Shown here in pieces: positions 7,462-17,056 of a stretch of 64,000 bases of DNA. Within the stretch, counting starts at the first letter, position 1; the number at the start of each line of letters is the position of its first letter. The stretch is from a virus, in the IMG/VR virus record IMGVR_UViG_3300044627_004253, positions 2,513 to 66,512 of that record; one strand, written 5' to 3'. The notes below the pieces were generated by a model. The model did not search any database, was not told the origin of the DNA, and was given only the letters and a program-made list of their open reading frames with translations. A program made the translations under genes and the position numbers.

Positions 7462-7938
7462 TTATGTTGTCGAAACGAGTTGCTTGTATTCTACACGGAA
7501 ATATTCCAAAAGCATCAACCATTTTCCTTCGTAGAAGTTTTCTTTTCGGCTCGCCAGAATAACTGACGGGGCGGACTCAGGTTGTTGTTTAGCTAGTAAA
7601 TTATTTAAATCGTTTAGTTGTTCTGCTACAGCCACATCGAAGATACCAACAACGGGCCCCACTAAACGTGTTGTCTCTGGAAATCTTTTATACTGATCAT
7701 CGAAGGTCGGTACAGAACTCCACACGGATATACCCTTAACATCTTTATTTTCCTTATACTCTTTCTCTTCGTCGTTTTCTTCGTTCTGCTCTTTAGGTCT
7801 AGCCTCGGAAGGCTGAACCATAGAAGGCTGCGCTTTATCTGGGGTAGGCTGGATTTTATCTGTATCTACTAATACACCCGCACCGAGATTTAGCATTGAC
7901 TCCGCTAGCTTCTGATCTGCATGACTATTTTTTCTCAT
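7462..7938 (-). CDS. hypothetical protein
   Basis: 158 aa ORF tightly packed in the gene run. Confidence 0.65.
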   Translation of the reverse strand: MRKNSHADQKLAESMLNLGAGVLVDTDKIQPTPDKAQPSMVQPSEARPKEQNEENDEEKEYKENKDVKGISVWSSVPTFDDQYKRFPETTRLVGPVVGIFDVAVAEQLNDLNNLLAKQQPESAPSVILASRKENFYEGKWLMLLEYFRVEYKQLVSTT

Positions 7939-8586
7939 TTAAAATAAATTTTGATTTTCCATTATCTCTTGAACCTTACTCGCTATAGCTGCGGGAGGTA
8001 ACTTCGTCTTACCTAGTTGGTTTTTAATCTCATTAGATATTCTATTATAATAATCTATCTTCGCTTTTACTTGCTCCGCCTTATCCTCATCTTCTTCGGA
8101 ATGTCTGTTGAGCAACCAATAAAGACCGCCTGTGGCGCTGCCGCCTAACGCACCCGCCATAGCCATAGTTTTTACAATATCAGGCGTATGGCTCGCAGTT
8201 GACGAGATGAGCCCGGGCAGGAGGCCTGCGGATTTGCTGACAATATCGTTGTTTAAACTTTCATTTTTTTCTTTTTCGTATTCATACGCCAGCTTACCCA
8301 ACACATTGAATACAACGTCTGAGTACTGGTCGAGTTCTGGGTACCATGTAGCTGATTTAGAAAGACTATCAAGCACGTGATATTCAAATTCTTTTTTTCG
8401 CCCCGCCTCAGCGAAGGCCTCAGCTGCTATTTTACAGGCCATGCGTTGAATATAACCATAATTAGCTTCTTTGCTGTTGTCCACTGTAGCAACAAAACCA
8501 CACAGAGCTGTCATGTCTTTAGCTGATTTGTTATTCAAAGCAGCGGCCATTTTAACGCCTAAATTAAAAAAATTTGATTTGTTCAT
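7939..8586 (-). CDS. putative virion protein, K-x-A rich
   Basis: MNKSNFFNLGVKMA leader, two SKSA motifs, GxxxG helix. Confidence 0.55.
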   Translation of the reverse strand: MNKSNFFNLGVKMAAALNNKSAKDMTALCGFVATVDNSKEANYGYIQRMACKIAAEAFAEAGRKKEFEYHVLDSLSKSATWYPELDQYSDVVFNVLGKLAYEYEKEKNESLNNDIVSKSAGLLPGLISSTASHTPDIVKTMAMAGALGGSATGGLYWLLNRHSEEDEDKAEQVKAKIDYYNRISNEIKNQLGKTKLPPAAIASKVQEIMENQNLF

Positions 8587-8587
8587 T

Positions 8588-9598
8588 TTAAATAAATTGT
8601 CCTGTTATAGTTCTGCCTTGTAAAGAGGGCTGTCCTAAATCGTTTCTAGGTATCGATGACCCGAATATAGACTTCGCTATACTACCTCCAAAAATAGCGC
8701 CAAGCACCGTACCTAGCAAACCTTTATTAAGTAAAAATCTAGCTACTAAAGCACCAACGGCAGCGCCGCCGTAGCCAGATAAAGAAGACGCAAGTTGGCT
8801 TAAGTCAGGACTAGAAAGTTGAGCTACCCCTGCAATCAATTGACTCTTTTCATTAAAAGATAACCCAGGAGAAGCTTGAATAGCTTGCACGATTCTGGCT
8901 TGCGCTTCAGAGGCGGAGGGGAAAGCAGATTTAACAAAAGCACTTTTATATTTTTGTCGCGCTTTATCCTTATTCGCGCGCATTATGTCTAAAGCTTCTT
9001 CAGGACTAAGCATCTGCTGTTTCTCTGGCGCTGGAAAGTCTGGTTTATGTTTTCTAAGATAACCACTATATGCGCCAATCGATCCTGTGGCCAACGCGGC
9101 TAAAAGCGCGTTGCGCAGCATGTTATTTGAAAAATCATTACCGGTTAAAAGGTTCATGGCCCCTGTACCTAAAGCACCCAGCGCTAATCCCGGGGCGGCT
9201 GTGACGAGACCTCCCATTAATGGACCTTGATTTAATAGACTCCCCAATTGCGGGCCGAATTTATTTCTCAAGCTACTTAATCCTGCGCCAATGCTGTGTC
9301 CGAACGTTCTATCTGACTGATCAGGATGAAAGTATGCATTCATCGCTGCTTGATTAGGATTTTTTCTTTTAAACTCCTCGTCATAGGTAGACATCCATTG
9401 TAAAGGAGACATCTGTATGGTGTCTCCTTTATATGGAGACATAGGATCCTGTGTAGTTATGGTTTCAGAATCCGGCGTAACATAGTCATAAATAGTATTC
9501 TTTATTTTACCTTTAAATAAAGGGTTAGCCGCAGAATAAATATCTTGAAGAGATGATGCGTTAGCCATTTTAGCGATCTCCGTTTCTATAACGCCCAT
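8588..9598 (-). CDS. putative virion/ejection protein with glycine-zipper helices
   Basis: AKMA, YKSAFVKSA; several GxxxG hydrophobic helices. Confidence 0.55.
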   Translation of the reverse strand: MGVIETEIAKMANASSLQDIYSAANPLFKGKIKNTIYDYVTPDSETITTQDPMSPYKGDTIQMSPLQWMSTYDEEFKRKNPNQAAMNAYFHPDQSDRTFGHSIGAGLSSLRNKFGPQLGSLLNQGPLMGGLVTAAPGLALGALGTGAMNLLTGNDFSNNMLRNALLAALATGSIGAYSGYLRKHKPDFPAPEKQQMLSPEEALDIMRANKDKARQKYKSAFVKSAFPSASEAQARIVQAIQASPGLSFNEKSQLIAGVAQLSSPDLSQLASSLSGYGGAAVGALVARFLLNKGLLGTVLGAIFGGSIAKSIFGSSIPRNDLGQPSLQGRTITGQFI

Positions 9599-9839
9599 AT
9601 ATTAGCGCGCCACCGCCAGTACCTGTTACCAGTTGTTTATTATTAATTCCGATATCTATAGGCATGTCATTGGGATTAGGTCTTACAGGATCAGTATAAT
9701 TTTGATTGGCTGACCCACCCGGAATACCTTTTACACTGTCCCACTTCTTAACAGAAGCGGGTTGTCCGTTATCTATATGCGCCTCCTCAGCTCTCTTAAT
9801 AAGATATAAGCTTGCGGCTAATTTAACAGAAAAGTCCAT
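9570..9839 (-). CDS. small putative virion protein with conserved leader (start revised to MDFSVKL)
   Basis: MDFSVKLAASLYLIKRA leader; TATAAT 6 nt upstream of this ATG. Confidence 0.55.
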   Translation of the reverse strand: MDFSVKLAASLYLIKRAEEAHIDNGQPASVKKWDSVKGIPGGSANQNYTDPVRPNPNDMPIDIGINNKQLVTGTGGGALIYGRYRNGDR

Positions 9840-9845
9840 GGCAGT

Positions 9846-9874
9846 ATTATAACATACCATGGACTTTCGTACAA
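9846..9874 (-). promoter_or_regulatory. sigma70-like promoter TTGTAC-N17-TATAAT with extended -10
   Basis: TGtTATAAT followed 6 nt later by ATG 9839; -10 lies in the loop of an 11-bp inverted repeat. Confidence 0.5.
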
Positions 9875-9886
9875 ATGCAAAATATC

Positions 9887-10237
9887 TTAGAATTTTTTGC
9901 CGTGTAACCTTTCTCTCTTAGTGTTGTAAGCGATCTTAGCCGCCATCGCTTCAAACACGCGCCAATTACGTCCAGCTGCAAGATCGCAAACACGTATTAC
10001 AACATCTGCTAGCTCGGCTTCAACTCCAGTAAATTCAGGAACTTTATCGTCCGGAGGATTGCCGTGACGCAAGGCTTCTAAAGCTTCTGACAACTCAGAA
10101 TGGATTAAAGCAATAGCTTCACCGTCATTCCTTTCTGTGTCCCAAAAACCTTTGTTAACTGCATTCTGATAAATATCAGCAGACACAGCATTCATGTCGA
10201 CTACCCAGTCTGTTTCATTATATTTTTCTTTACTCAT
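9887..10237 (-). CDS. MazG-like nucleotide pyrophosphohydrolase
   Basis: IHSELSEALEA...ELADVVIR...KIAYN. Confidence 0.85.
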   Translation of the reverse strand: MSKEKYNETDWVVDMNAVSADIYQNAVNKGFWDTERNDGEAIALIHSELSEALEALRHGNPPDDKVPEFTGVEAELADVVIRVCDLAAGRNWRVFEAMAAKIAYNTKRERLHGKKF

Positions 10238-10241
10238 TTAT

Positions 10242-13013
10242 TTAGGTTGGTTGTGATAAGGAATCTCTACCCTGACTTTCGGCTTGCGATCTAAGTTCTT
10301 CCATCTTCTGCTTAGCCATGGCGTGAAGATTAGGATTAGAAGTTCTAACATTCGCCATTTGTTTCTGTCTTTCACCAACAGGCAATTGGAGCCACTGCTG
10401 CGCTAATTCAGTCGCTTTGTTTTGTATGTCAAGTGGATTCATTTCAGCGCCGCCGCCAACATAAGATCCTGCGGGGGAACTTCCCATACCGCCACCACCT
10501 TGCTGCTGCTCGGCAAGAATAGTATCCATAGAACCCATTTGCTGTTGTCTTTGGAAATCAGCTTCAAGTTTTGAGCGCTCTTTCTGAATTTCAATATCTT
10601 CCTGCGCGCGCTGTTTAGCCGCATCAATAGGATCTTTAATCCCAAAGGGACCATAAGCAACGGAGCGGGGAATCTCAGCCCCGGCGGCAAGCTGCATGTA
10701 TACGCGTTGACGTTCTAGGTCATCAGCAAGTCTAGGCAACTGCAAGGACACTTCCAGGCGTTGTTGCCCTATGTAATCGCTGATTCTTCTCGCTGCCCAT
10801 TTTACAATTCTATCAAAACCTTGGTGGATAAAATGAAATGAGTTTTCAAATAATCTTACAGCTGTGGGGACCTGCTGAATTTGTAATGATCCTTTGAATA
10901 GCTCTGCCGGGTACCCCATGGCGTCGAGAAGTACATTGTTGTGATACTCGACAAGCTCCTTTGGAGCTAAAGACTTTCCTTGCGCCCCGAACTCTTGGTA
11001 GGTCACGGGGAAAGGAAGCGCATGCATAGCAAAAGGATCTGTTCGCCTTCTTCTAATAACTTCCTTTATCTCTGAACCCCAGCGATTAAGAAGCATATAA
11101 TTCATAGGATCTCCCGCTTGCCCTGTACTTGTAGGGTGGAACATCCTGAATGGAAGCATGTAGTCCAAACCCACCGCCTCATCAATTTTACGTAACACCT
11201 GTAACTGATGAATATGCCTAAAGTTAGCAATTGTCTCCGGAAGACCCCAACCGTAATTAGACACACCGGAAATTGTAGGTGCTTTAAAATGGAAAACTTG
11301 TCCTTCGTTAAACAGGAAATCTTGCTCCAACGCCACAGCCTTGAGCATGCTCATGGGTGTTTCATTCACCTGATACATAATGCTCGTTTTGATCATGGTT
11401 ACCCACTCAGGCTCAAAGCGATAAATAACTTGCTGCTTCCCACTCATAAATGAGTGTTGCAACACAATCTGACGTGGGTCTATCTTCCTTAATCTAATTC
11501 TAGATTTATCCCGGGAAGGTCTGTCTATGAAGTCTAACTTTATTCTTTCTCTTTTTTCTTTAGGTTTATCGAATGTAGTTGGATCGGGCACATCGTACTT
11601 CATGGCCTTATAATCATATTTGACGTCAGCGCCAAACATAGGTAGCGCATATTCTTTGTATTTTCCGTCTCTATGATCAACGAGCACGCGGTCAAAAGGA
11701 AGGTGTAAACGAAGGAATGCATTACCGTAGCATTGATGAGACAGTATCGCATTATCAACAACGATAGTATGAGTCTCCATTTCTTCACAACAAAACACTT
11801 CTTCCACTCTATCTGTCATTTTGACAGATTTAATAGCAACGTATTTACCATATGTAGCGGAAGTACTCTTTTTATTATTAAACTTATCTATATGTGACTT
11901 AATAATGAAATCATCTTCATTCATGAAACGCTTAAGTAGCGTCATAAAATGAATGGTGCTGTCATAAACCTTATCATTACCAAGATGCAGGCCTGGCTGT
12001 GTATCACGTCGTTGCGCACGGATAGGTCCCGCGCACATACCAATCCTAGGTAGCTGCGCCTCAATAGCCTCCAGCGTGCTTTTCTTGATTTGAGTGAGCA
12101 TTGCGCAGCCATGCGTGTCTACGGTGCCATCGGCGGCTAGGAAACCGCTGACAAAGCCATACCAATAACTAGCTGATTTAGAAACGTCAGGCAGCTCCTT
12201 ATACGCAACAGGGAACCCACTAATACGTCCCACTTTGTCTCTGTCAGTACGCTGGTGATACTGATTACCATGCCCTTCAAAGAAAGGCAGTAACGCTGCG
12301 TCTTTATGCCCACAAAACATGGCCGTAGACCTATTACCGGCTCGCGTGCCATCTCCAAAAATAAATCCATGACGTACGCCTTCACGGTATTCCTCATTCT
12401 TTTCAGGCCTAGGCGCTACTGTTCGATGCAGCCTATGTCTACGTTTAAGTTGAGATGTTGTAACAACAGTAGAATTACCTGCACAATTAATAACGGGCCA
12501 CTTATGCTCAGGGGTGGCGTAAACTTTACGCCCATCACTGAATTCTATTTCCATCAATGGCTGTATACCATAAGATTTAAAGTCTGCCGGACGGTATACA
12601 CCATCTTTAGACAAGACATTAACACGTTTACCTGTAAGCGTTTTAATAGGCACAGATCCATTTTCAGTTACAACACGCGTGTCTCCTTGAAAGCATGCCC
12701 ACTCCTGCCCCACTTCAAGTAGAGCGCCGAACAAATCTAAATCATTTATTAGGAAGTTCTTAAATTCATCTCGTTCATCTTGATCTCCGTCTTTACCTAC
12801 AAAATCAATATCTGTAACGAAGTGACTGACTACACGCGTAGATGCCCTCCTGTACAGAGGATTTAGATAATAAAGAAATAAACAAAAATCCAAAGCTGAC
12901 TGAAGTTCAGTCGGTATGGCCGTGCTACTTGGCAGTAAGAAAGGGTCGGCGAATACTCTATTCTTTCCTGTCCATACAGCGAATGCATCATTATCTCCTG
13001 GGTAGTTAACCAT
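10242..13013 (-). CDS. probable portal protein containing an intein
   Basis: about 600 aa after intein removal; YGNAF, QVFHFK, GWGLP motifs and helical C-terminus typical of large-phage portals. Confidence 0.7.
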   Translation of the reverse strand: MVNYPGDNDAFAVWTGKNRVFADPFLLPSSTAIPTELQSALDFCLFLYYLNPLYRRASTRVVSHFVTDIDFVGKDGDQDERDEFKNFLINDLDLFGALLEVGQEWACFQGDTRVVTENGSVPIKTLTGKRVNVLSKDGVYRPADFKSYGIQPLMEIEFSDGRKVYATPEHKWPVINCAGNSTVVTTSQLKRRHRLHRTVAPRPEKNEEYREGVRHGFIFGDGTRAGNRSTAMFCGHKDAALLPFFEGHGNQYHQRTDRDKVGRISGFPVAYKELPDVSKSASYWYGFVSGFLAADGTVDTHGCAMLTQIKKSTLEAIEAQLPRIGMCAGPIRAQRRDTQPGLHLGNDKVYDSTIHFMTLLKRFMNEDDFIIKSHIDKFNNKKSTSATYGKYVAIKSVKMTDRVEEVFCCEEMETHTIVVDNAILSHQCYGNAFLRLHLPFDRVLVDHRDGKYKEYALPMFGADVKYDYKAMKYDVPDPTTFDKPKEKRERIKLDFIDRPSRDKSRIRLRKIDPRQIVLQHSFMSGKQQVIYRFEPEWVTMIKTSIMYQVNETPMSMLKAVALEQDFLFNEGQVFHFKAPTISGVSNYGWGLPETIANFRHIHQLQVLRKIDEAVGLDYMLPFRMFHPTSTGQAGDPMNYMLLNRWGSEIKEVIRRRRTDPFAMHALPFPVTYQEFGAQGKSLAPKELVEYHNNVLLDAMGYPAELFKGSLQIQQVPTAVRLFENSFHFIHQGFDRIVKWAARRISDYIGQQRLEVSLQLPRLADDLERQRVYMQLAAGAEIPRSVAYGPFGIKDPIDAAKQRAQEDIEIQKERSKLEADFQRQQQMGSMDTILAEQQQGGGGMGSSPAGSYVGGGAEMNPLDIQNKATELAQQWLQLPVGERQKQMANVRTSNPNLHAMAKQKMEELRSQAESQGRDSLSQPT
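11733..12695 (-). mobile_element. intein (321 aa) with in-frame LAGLIDADG endonuclease and C-terminal Gln
   Basis: EWA|CFQGDTRV, ATPEHKW, GFIFGDG, GFLAADG, ILSHQ|CYG. Confidence 0.9.
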
Positions 13014-13019
13014 GTTGTT

Positions 13020-13190
13020 TTAAATTTCAGTTTTGTCTGACTCGGAGGATAACATACTACTTAATTTTGTCATAGAAACAGATTTATTTTTCTGCTTCTC
13101 ACACTCGACGTTAGGGTTATCACAATCACAAACTAAGCCTGTAATAGGACACTTAGTTTCATTAGTTATTACTACACCTTGTTTGATCAT
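13020..13190 (-). CDS. 56-aa Cys-containing peptide
   Basis: MIKQGVVITNETKCPITGLVCDCDNP...; fills the gap before the portal gene. Confidence 0.5.
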   Translation of the reverse strand: MIKQGVVITNETKCPITGLVCDCDNPNVECEKQKNKSVSMTKLSSMLSSESDKTEI

Positions 13191-13201
13191 AATATATTTA
13201 T

Positions 13202-13768
13202 TTATTCTGCTCGTATGAAAGATACGAATGTAAAAGGTATTTTAGGAAAAGTAAAGAAACCACCAGCATAAACTACGGAATAATCTTGACCCCTATATTG
13301 AATAATTAGATCTGTATTTATATTAGGCTCAAATTGTATTGCATCTTTTTTAATTATAACAGCAACTCCAAAGTCAGTGACACTTACATTGATCGCCTTA
13401 AAGCCGATTTTACCAAACGGTCCTACAATTTTAATATCTTCTTTTGCTGCTGTCTGTTCTAGATATTCAACAAGAAGCTGCGCGGCGTCTTTCTTTATTA
13501 GTTCTTTTGTGTCGAACTGTTTCATGGGTCCTTGATCATCGGGATCTTGAAATTCATCCTCTGATACATCTGCCCCAATGTTTTCTTGCGTGTCCATATT
13601 TTCATCATCATCATAATTAATTACGCTCTTGGTTGTTTCTGCCGGGAGCACTATTCCAAATTGGGACGCGTTTACTTGGTGTCCTTGTAGAAGTTTGTTT
13701 TTGAAATTGCGCATAGCCGCTACAGCGGGAGGTGTTCTTTCTGAGGCAGAGTCTACAGCGTGCGACAT
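13202..13768 (-). CDS. hypothetical protein
   Basis: 188 aa, acidic linker then beta-rich C-terminal domain. Confidence 0.65.
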   Translation of the reverse strand: MSHAVDSASERTPPAVAAMRNFKNKLLQGHQVNASQFGIVLPAETTKSVINYDDDENMDTQENIGADVSEDEFQDPDDQGPMKQFDTKELIKKDAAQLLVEYLEQTAAKEDIKIVGPFGKIGFKAINVSVTDFGVAVIIKKDAIQFEPNINTDLIIQYRGQDYSVVYAGGFFTFPKIPFTFVSFIRAE

Positions 13769-13771
13769 AAA

Positions 13772-14476
13772 TTAGTGAGTAGAAAACTTTTTAGCATTGT
13801 CTTCGAATTTAGCAATGTATTTCTTTTGACTTACCTCTTTTCGTTTAAAAATATTTATTTGATTTTTAATGGCACTAACAGCGTGAATATCTAGATCGCC
13901 TTCCATTGTGGGAATTTCCATGCTTCCTACCTTTTTAAATATGTTAAACATCACGCACTGTTGCCCTCCGTATATGTTTATCACAAAGCACGTGATGTCA
14001 TCAGGGCTGCAATGTATCTTTGCATACTCGCACACATTTTGTCTGTTAACTAATTCCAAATGCAAAGTAATGTTCTTAGGTACTAAAGTTTCAAAAACAA
14101 ACAAAGCAGCCTTTCGCACAATTTGAGATGCCATGTATGCCTGCCCCTTCGAAACACATTCAGCATATACTTCTTTAAAATCAGTAAAAGAATTCCTGGC
14201 TTCTGAAAATTTACTTTTAAAATTAAATATACCGTTTATATAATGTACATCTAAATTAAGTTTTTGAGAAGAATCTCTGATTAATTGCAGCCGTGCTCTT
14301 TGGCACTTACCTCGCATCAGTCTATACCAACTAGATCTGTTGGAGTAACCTACAATATCACAAAGCTCAGCTTGCGATTTCCGGTGCGCTTTAGCCCAGT
14401 CATTTACACTTTTCGTCCACCTTTGCGTTTGGGCTGGCGTAGCTAACAATCCTTTTTTTGGTTTTCTTGTCTGCAT
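13772..14476 (-). CDS. putative DNA-binding protein with N-terminal XRE-like HTH
   Basis: SQAELCDIVGYSNRSSWYRLMRG. Confidence 0.55.
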   Translation of the reverse strand: MQTRKPKKGLLATPAQTQRWTKSVNDWAKAHRKSQAELCDIVGYSNRSSWYRLMRGKCQRARLQLIRDSSQKLNLDVHYINGIFNFKSKFSEARNSFTDFKEVYAECVSKGQAYMASQIVRKAALFVFETLVPKNITLHLELVNRQNVCEYAKIHCSPDDITCFVINIYGGQQCVMFNIFKKVGSMEIPTMEGDLDIHAVSAIKNQINIFKRKEVSQKKYIAKFEDNAKKFSTH

Positions 14477-14816
14477 AGGGTCTCACAACAATTTTTCTTT
14501 TTGTTATCTTAGGCGCTGTGTAATCAGGCGTCCCAGCGCCCTCATTATCTACATTCCTATAATCGTACTTCCACAGAACACCAGCCAAAAATTCACTTAC
14601 TTGCTGCACTTTTTCCTCTGTCCAGTCCCCGCATGTCTCATGTAGGCACTCATGAATAATGATCATAAGTTTTTGAAAGCCTTTTAGTCTTTCGTCTATA
14701 CTTATGATAGTTTTATTTTCATTTATTTTTTCCCAAAATCCAAGCGAATTATTTCGCCCCAACTTAGTTTCTATAATCTCTATTTTTTTAGATTTGTTTT
14801 TTGGAGATAAATGCAT
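14400..14816 (-). CDS. HExxH metallopeptidase-like protein (start revised to MHLSPK)
   Basis: ISIDERL...IIIHECLHE...EEKVQQ; hairpin occupies 14817-14849. Confidence 0.6.
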   Translation of the reverse strand: MHLSPKNKSKKIEIIETKLGRNNSLGFWEKINENKTIISIDERLKGFQKLMIIIHECLHETCGDWTEEKVQQVSEFLAGVLWKYDYRNVDNEGAGTPDYTAPKITKRKIVVRPYADKKTKKRIVSYASPNAKVDEKCK

Positions 14817-14849
14817 AAGACCCTTGCGGTAGTCTACCGCAAGGGTCTT
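14817..14849. terminator. intergenic hairpin
   Basis: AAGACCCTTGCGGTAG-T-CTACCGCAAGGGTCTT perfect inverted repeat. Confidence 0.55.
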
Positions 14850-14866
14850 AAATAGCATCCGTTAAA

Positions 14867-15055
14867 TTAGCTTTTCAGTCCCTGAAGAATGTTGGATCGA
14901 AGATCGATGAATTTCTGTTCGCGGATGCGATCCTGCTCTACATACTGCGCAAACTTTTGCGATGTATCTTTTTCATTGTGAGTGGCGCTGGTGTGACGGA
15001 TAAAACCTTCATACTTAGCTTGACGGATTAGTTCAGGTGTGATGTTGTCTTTCAT
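14867..15055 (-). CDS. small hypothetical protein
   Basis: 62 aa ORF. Confidence 0.55.
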   Translation of the reverse strand: MKDNITPELIRQAKYEGFIRHTSATHNEKDTSQKFAQYVEQDRIREQKFIDLRSNILQGLKS

Positions 15056-15134
15056 GGGCGATGATTTAATTTATTATATTTTATAACTTAAGCAAGTAGT
15101 TTATACGTGCAGTGTATTTTAAATGGCTACACTT

Positions 15135-15266
15135 TTACTGGTTCCATGCTCCGTAACCGCTGCTAGCCGCCTGACCCATCTGACCTAGTGAGTCAGGAGC
15201 TAAAGCACTAAGGTTAGCCAGCTTAACTAAATAATTAGAAGCAATTAATTTAAGGCTATTATTCAT
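15135..15266 (-). CDS. 43-aa peptide with the conserved leader
   Basis: MNNSLKLIASNYLVKLA... Confidence 0.5.
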   Translation of the reverse strand: MNNSLKLIASNYLVKLANLSALAPDSLGQMGQAASSGYGAWNQ

Positions 15267-15271
15267 ACAAC

Positions 15272-16375
15272 TTAAAACTTACCGTAACCATATGCTGGGT
15301 TGTATACATTAGCCGGATTAAGCTCTATTTTTCGTGGCTTTAGACTTTTGAGATAATCCATCTTAGCTCGATCTAGTCTTGAGCCAGGTACAAAATTACT
15401 GCCCATGTATTTATTAAATTCAACATTATAGTCTGTATTATCAACATCAGCAGGAGTTGCAGGCGCTGTAACTGAATTTGCCTGAGCGGGAGCTGGTTGC
15501 GCCGCATTAGCGGGAGCTGGAGGTATAGTTGAAGGCGCTATAGCCGCCATTGCGGGAGCGGTGGGCTTCATATAACCAGTGACGGCGTTCTGGGCGACTC
15601 CTGCCGTGGGTTCTGCGGGTGCTGCTTCTACCGCGCCGGTTTCTGGTGCTGCGATGTTGGTAGGGCTTTGTTGCCCTCCGCTGAGTAGCCCATGTCCTAA
15701 GGCCGCACCAGCCAAGCCTTGCACGAAGGGATTTTTGGCTGTTGCTAAACCGGCTCTGCCAGCTGAGAGTAAACCTTGCCCCGTGGCTCTACCAGCGGTG
15801 GCTAAGCCACTTACTGCCGCGCCTGCGCCTGTTCTAGCCGCCTGACCCAGCCCGCCAAGCACATCACCCATGCCAGCCCTGGCTCTGGATAAGCCTGACG
15901 GTACAGCTGAGGCTACGCCCGGTATATCGATAATAGGAGGAGCAGTGGCCGCACCTCCTGAAGGAATATTGCTAGGTGCCGCAGGAGCCGTTTTATTATA
16001 ACTACCAGAAGATCTCTGGATTAATTTAGCATTAGGCTCCGGCATAGTGCTTCTACCAGAAGTCAGGGCTAAGGGGCGTCCGCCGCCTCCACCTGCAGGA
16101 AGCGCTAAAGGAGCTCCGCCGCCTCCACCTGCAGCGCCAGTAGAAACTAATGGCTGACGTACAGATTCTCTAGCATACTGAGGACTCACGGCTTGTGGTT
16201 TACCTGCGCGTTGAAAACGCCCAGCCGTTCCTCTGACGAGATTTCTAGCTTTAGACGCGACTCCAGGTACGGCTTTACGTGCAGCGTGTCTGGCCATCTC
16301 AAACAGCAGCCTTCCTCCACCGGCTTGCTTTGTCAGTAAAAAATTAGAAAGCAATAATTTGTCTTGAGAATACAT
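15272..16375 (-). CDS. Gly/Ala/Pro-rich putative virion protein with conserved leader
   Basis: MYSQDKLLLSNFLLTKQA leader, low-complexity body, small C-terminal domain. Confidence 0.6.
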   Translation of the reverse strand: MYSQDKLLLSNFLLTKQAGGGRLLFEMARHAARKAVPGVASKARNLVRGTAGRFQRAGKPQAVSPQYARESVRQPLVSTGAAGGGGGAPLALPAGGGGGRPLALTSGRSTMPEPNAKLIQRSSGSYNKTAPAAPSNIPSGGAATAPPIIDIPGVASAVPSGLSRARAGMGDVLGGLGQAARTGAGAAVSGLATAGRATGQGLLSAGRAGLATAKNPFVQGLAGAALGHGLLSGGQQSPTNIAAPETGAVEAAPAEPTAGVAQNAVTGYMKPTAPAMAAIAPSTIPPAPANAAQPAPAQANSVTAPATPADVDNTDYNVEFNKYMGSNFVPGSRLDRAKMDYLKSLKPRKIELNPANVYNPAYGYGKF

Positions 16376-16381
16376 ATGGTA

Positions 16382-17053
16382 CTATTTATTAACCTGGTTC
16401 TGTAAGTACAGTTTACGCGATTGTTCTAAAGCATGCAAGAATTCTTTTTCTGAAATTCTTGCCGCATTGTTGCCAGTACCGGAGTAATAAGATTTACCCC
16501 CCACATTTGGTAACCCGGCCCATTCCTTTGCTAAGTTAGTACGCGCGCTGCTAATGGGTAACTTGCCGCTTAAATAAGAATCAAAGCCTCGTTGTTGTAA
16601 TAAATGCAAAGCCATCCTATCTTGGAGATCTTTATTATAAACATCCTTTTCTGGATTTAACTTCATCTTAGACACTAAACCTTTCATAGTCGGTGCTATG
16701 ATTTGATAAGCTCCGGCGGCACTACCAGGTTTATGAGATTTTTGATAATCCATAACTTGCTTAAGAGTCATGCCTGTTAAATTATGCCTCTTATTAGACC
16801 CTACCATAGTGTCATAGTCAGCCACTCTGGACTCGGCTTTTCTTATAGCTTCCAACACAGGATTATAATAAGATTGTACTATTTGTTTACTTGGAGCCTT
16901 GGGCTTACTTTGCGCTTTTAGTTTAGGTTGCTGTGGGGGTGAAACCCTGGCATTCAGTTTCTGTATTTCTTCGGCCGGGAGAATGACGGAGCCTTGCGCG
17001 CTGGCTCTTTTGATTATAATAGCGCTAGCCATTAACTTATTTAAATTATTCAT
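16382..17053 (-). CDS. lysozyme-fold muramidase/transglycosylase (lambda R/GH104-like) with conserved leader
   Basis: AIRKAES, YDTMVG, SAAGAYQII, QDRMA, RG, EWAGLP. Confidence 0.85.
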   Translation of the reverse strand: MNNLNKLMASAIIIKRASAQGSVILPAEEIQKLNARVSPPQQPKLKAQSKPKAPSKQIVQSYYNPVLEAIRKAESRVADYDTMVGSNKRHNLTGMTLKQVMDYQKSHKPGSAAGAYQIIAPTMKGLVSKMKLNPEKDVYNKDLQDRMALHLLQQRGFDSYLSGKLPISSARTNLAKEWAGLPNVGGKSYYSGTGNNAARISEKEFLHALEQSRKLYLQNQVNK

Positions 17054-17056
17054 ATG

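Noticed and set aside
12137-12397. Alternate-frame ORFs inside the portal, RNAP and helicase inteins (also 11600..11788, 17164..17409, 43186..43392)
   Set aside because: Short, no nuclease motifs; those inteins already have in-frame LAGLIDADG domains.
16080-16134. Direct repeat CCGCCGCCTCCACCTGCAG, 36 bp apart
   Set aside because: Simple coding duplication of an AGGGG segment in a low-complexity protein.
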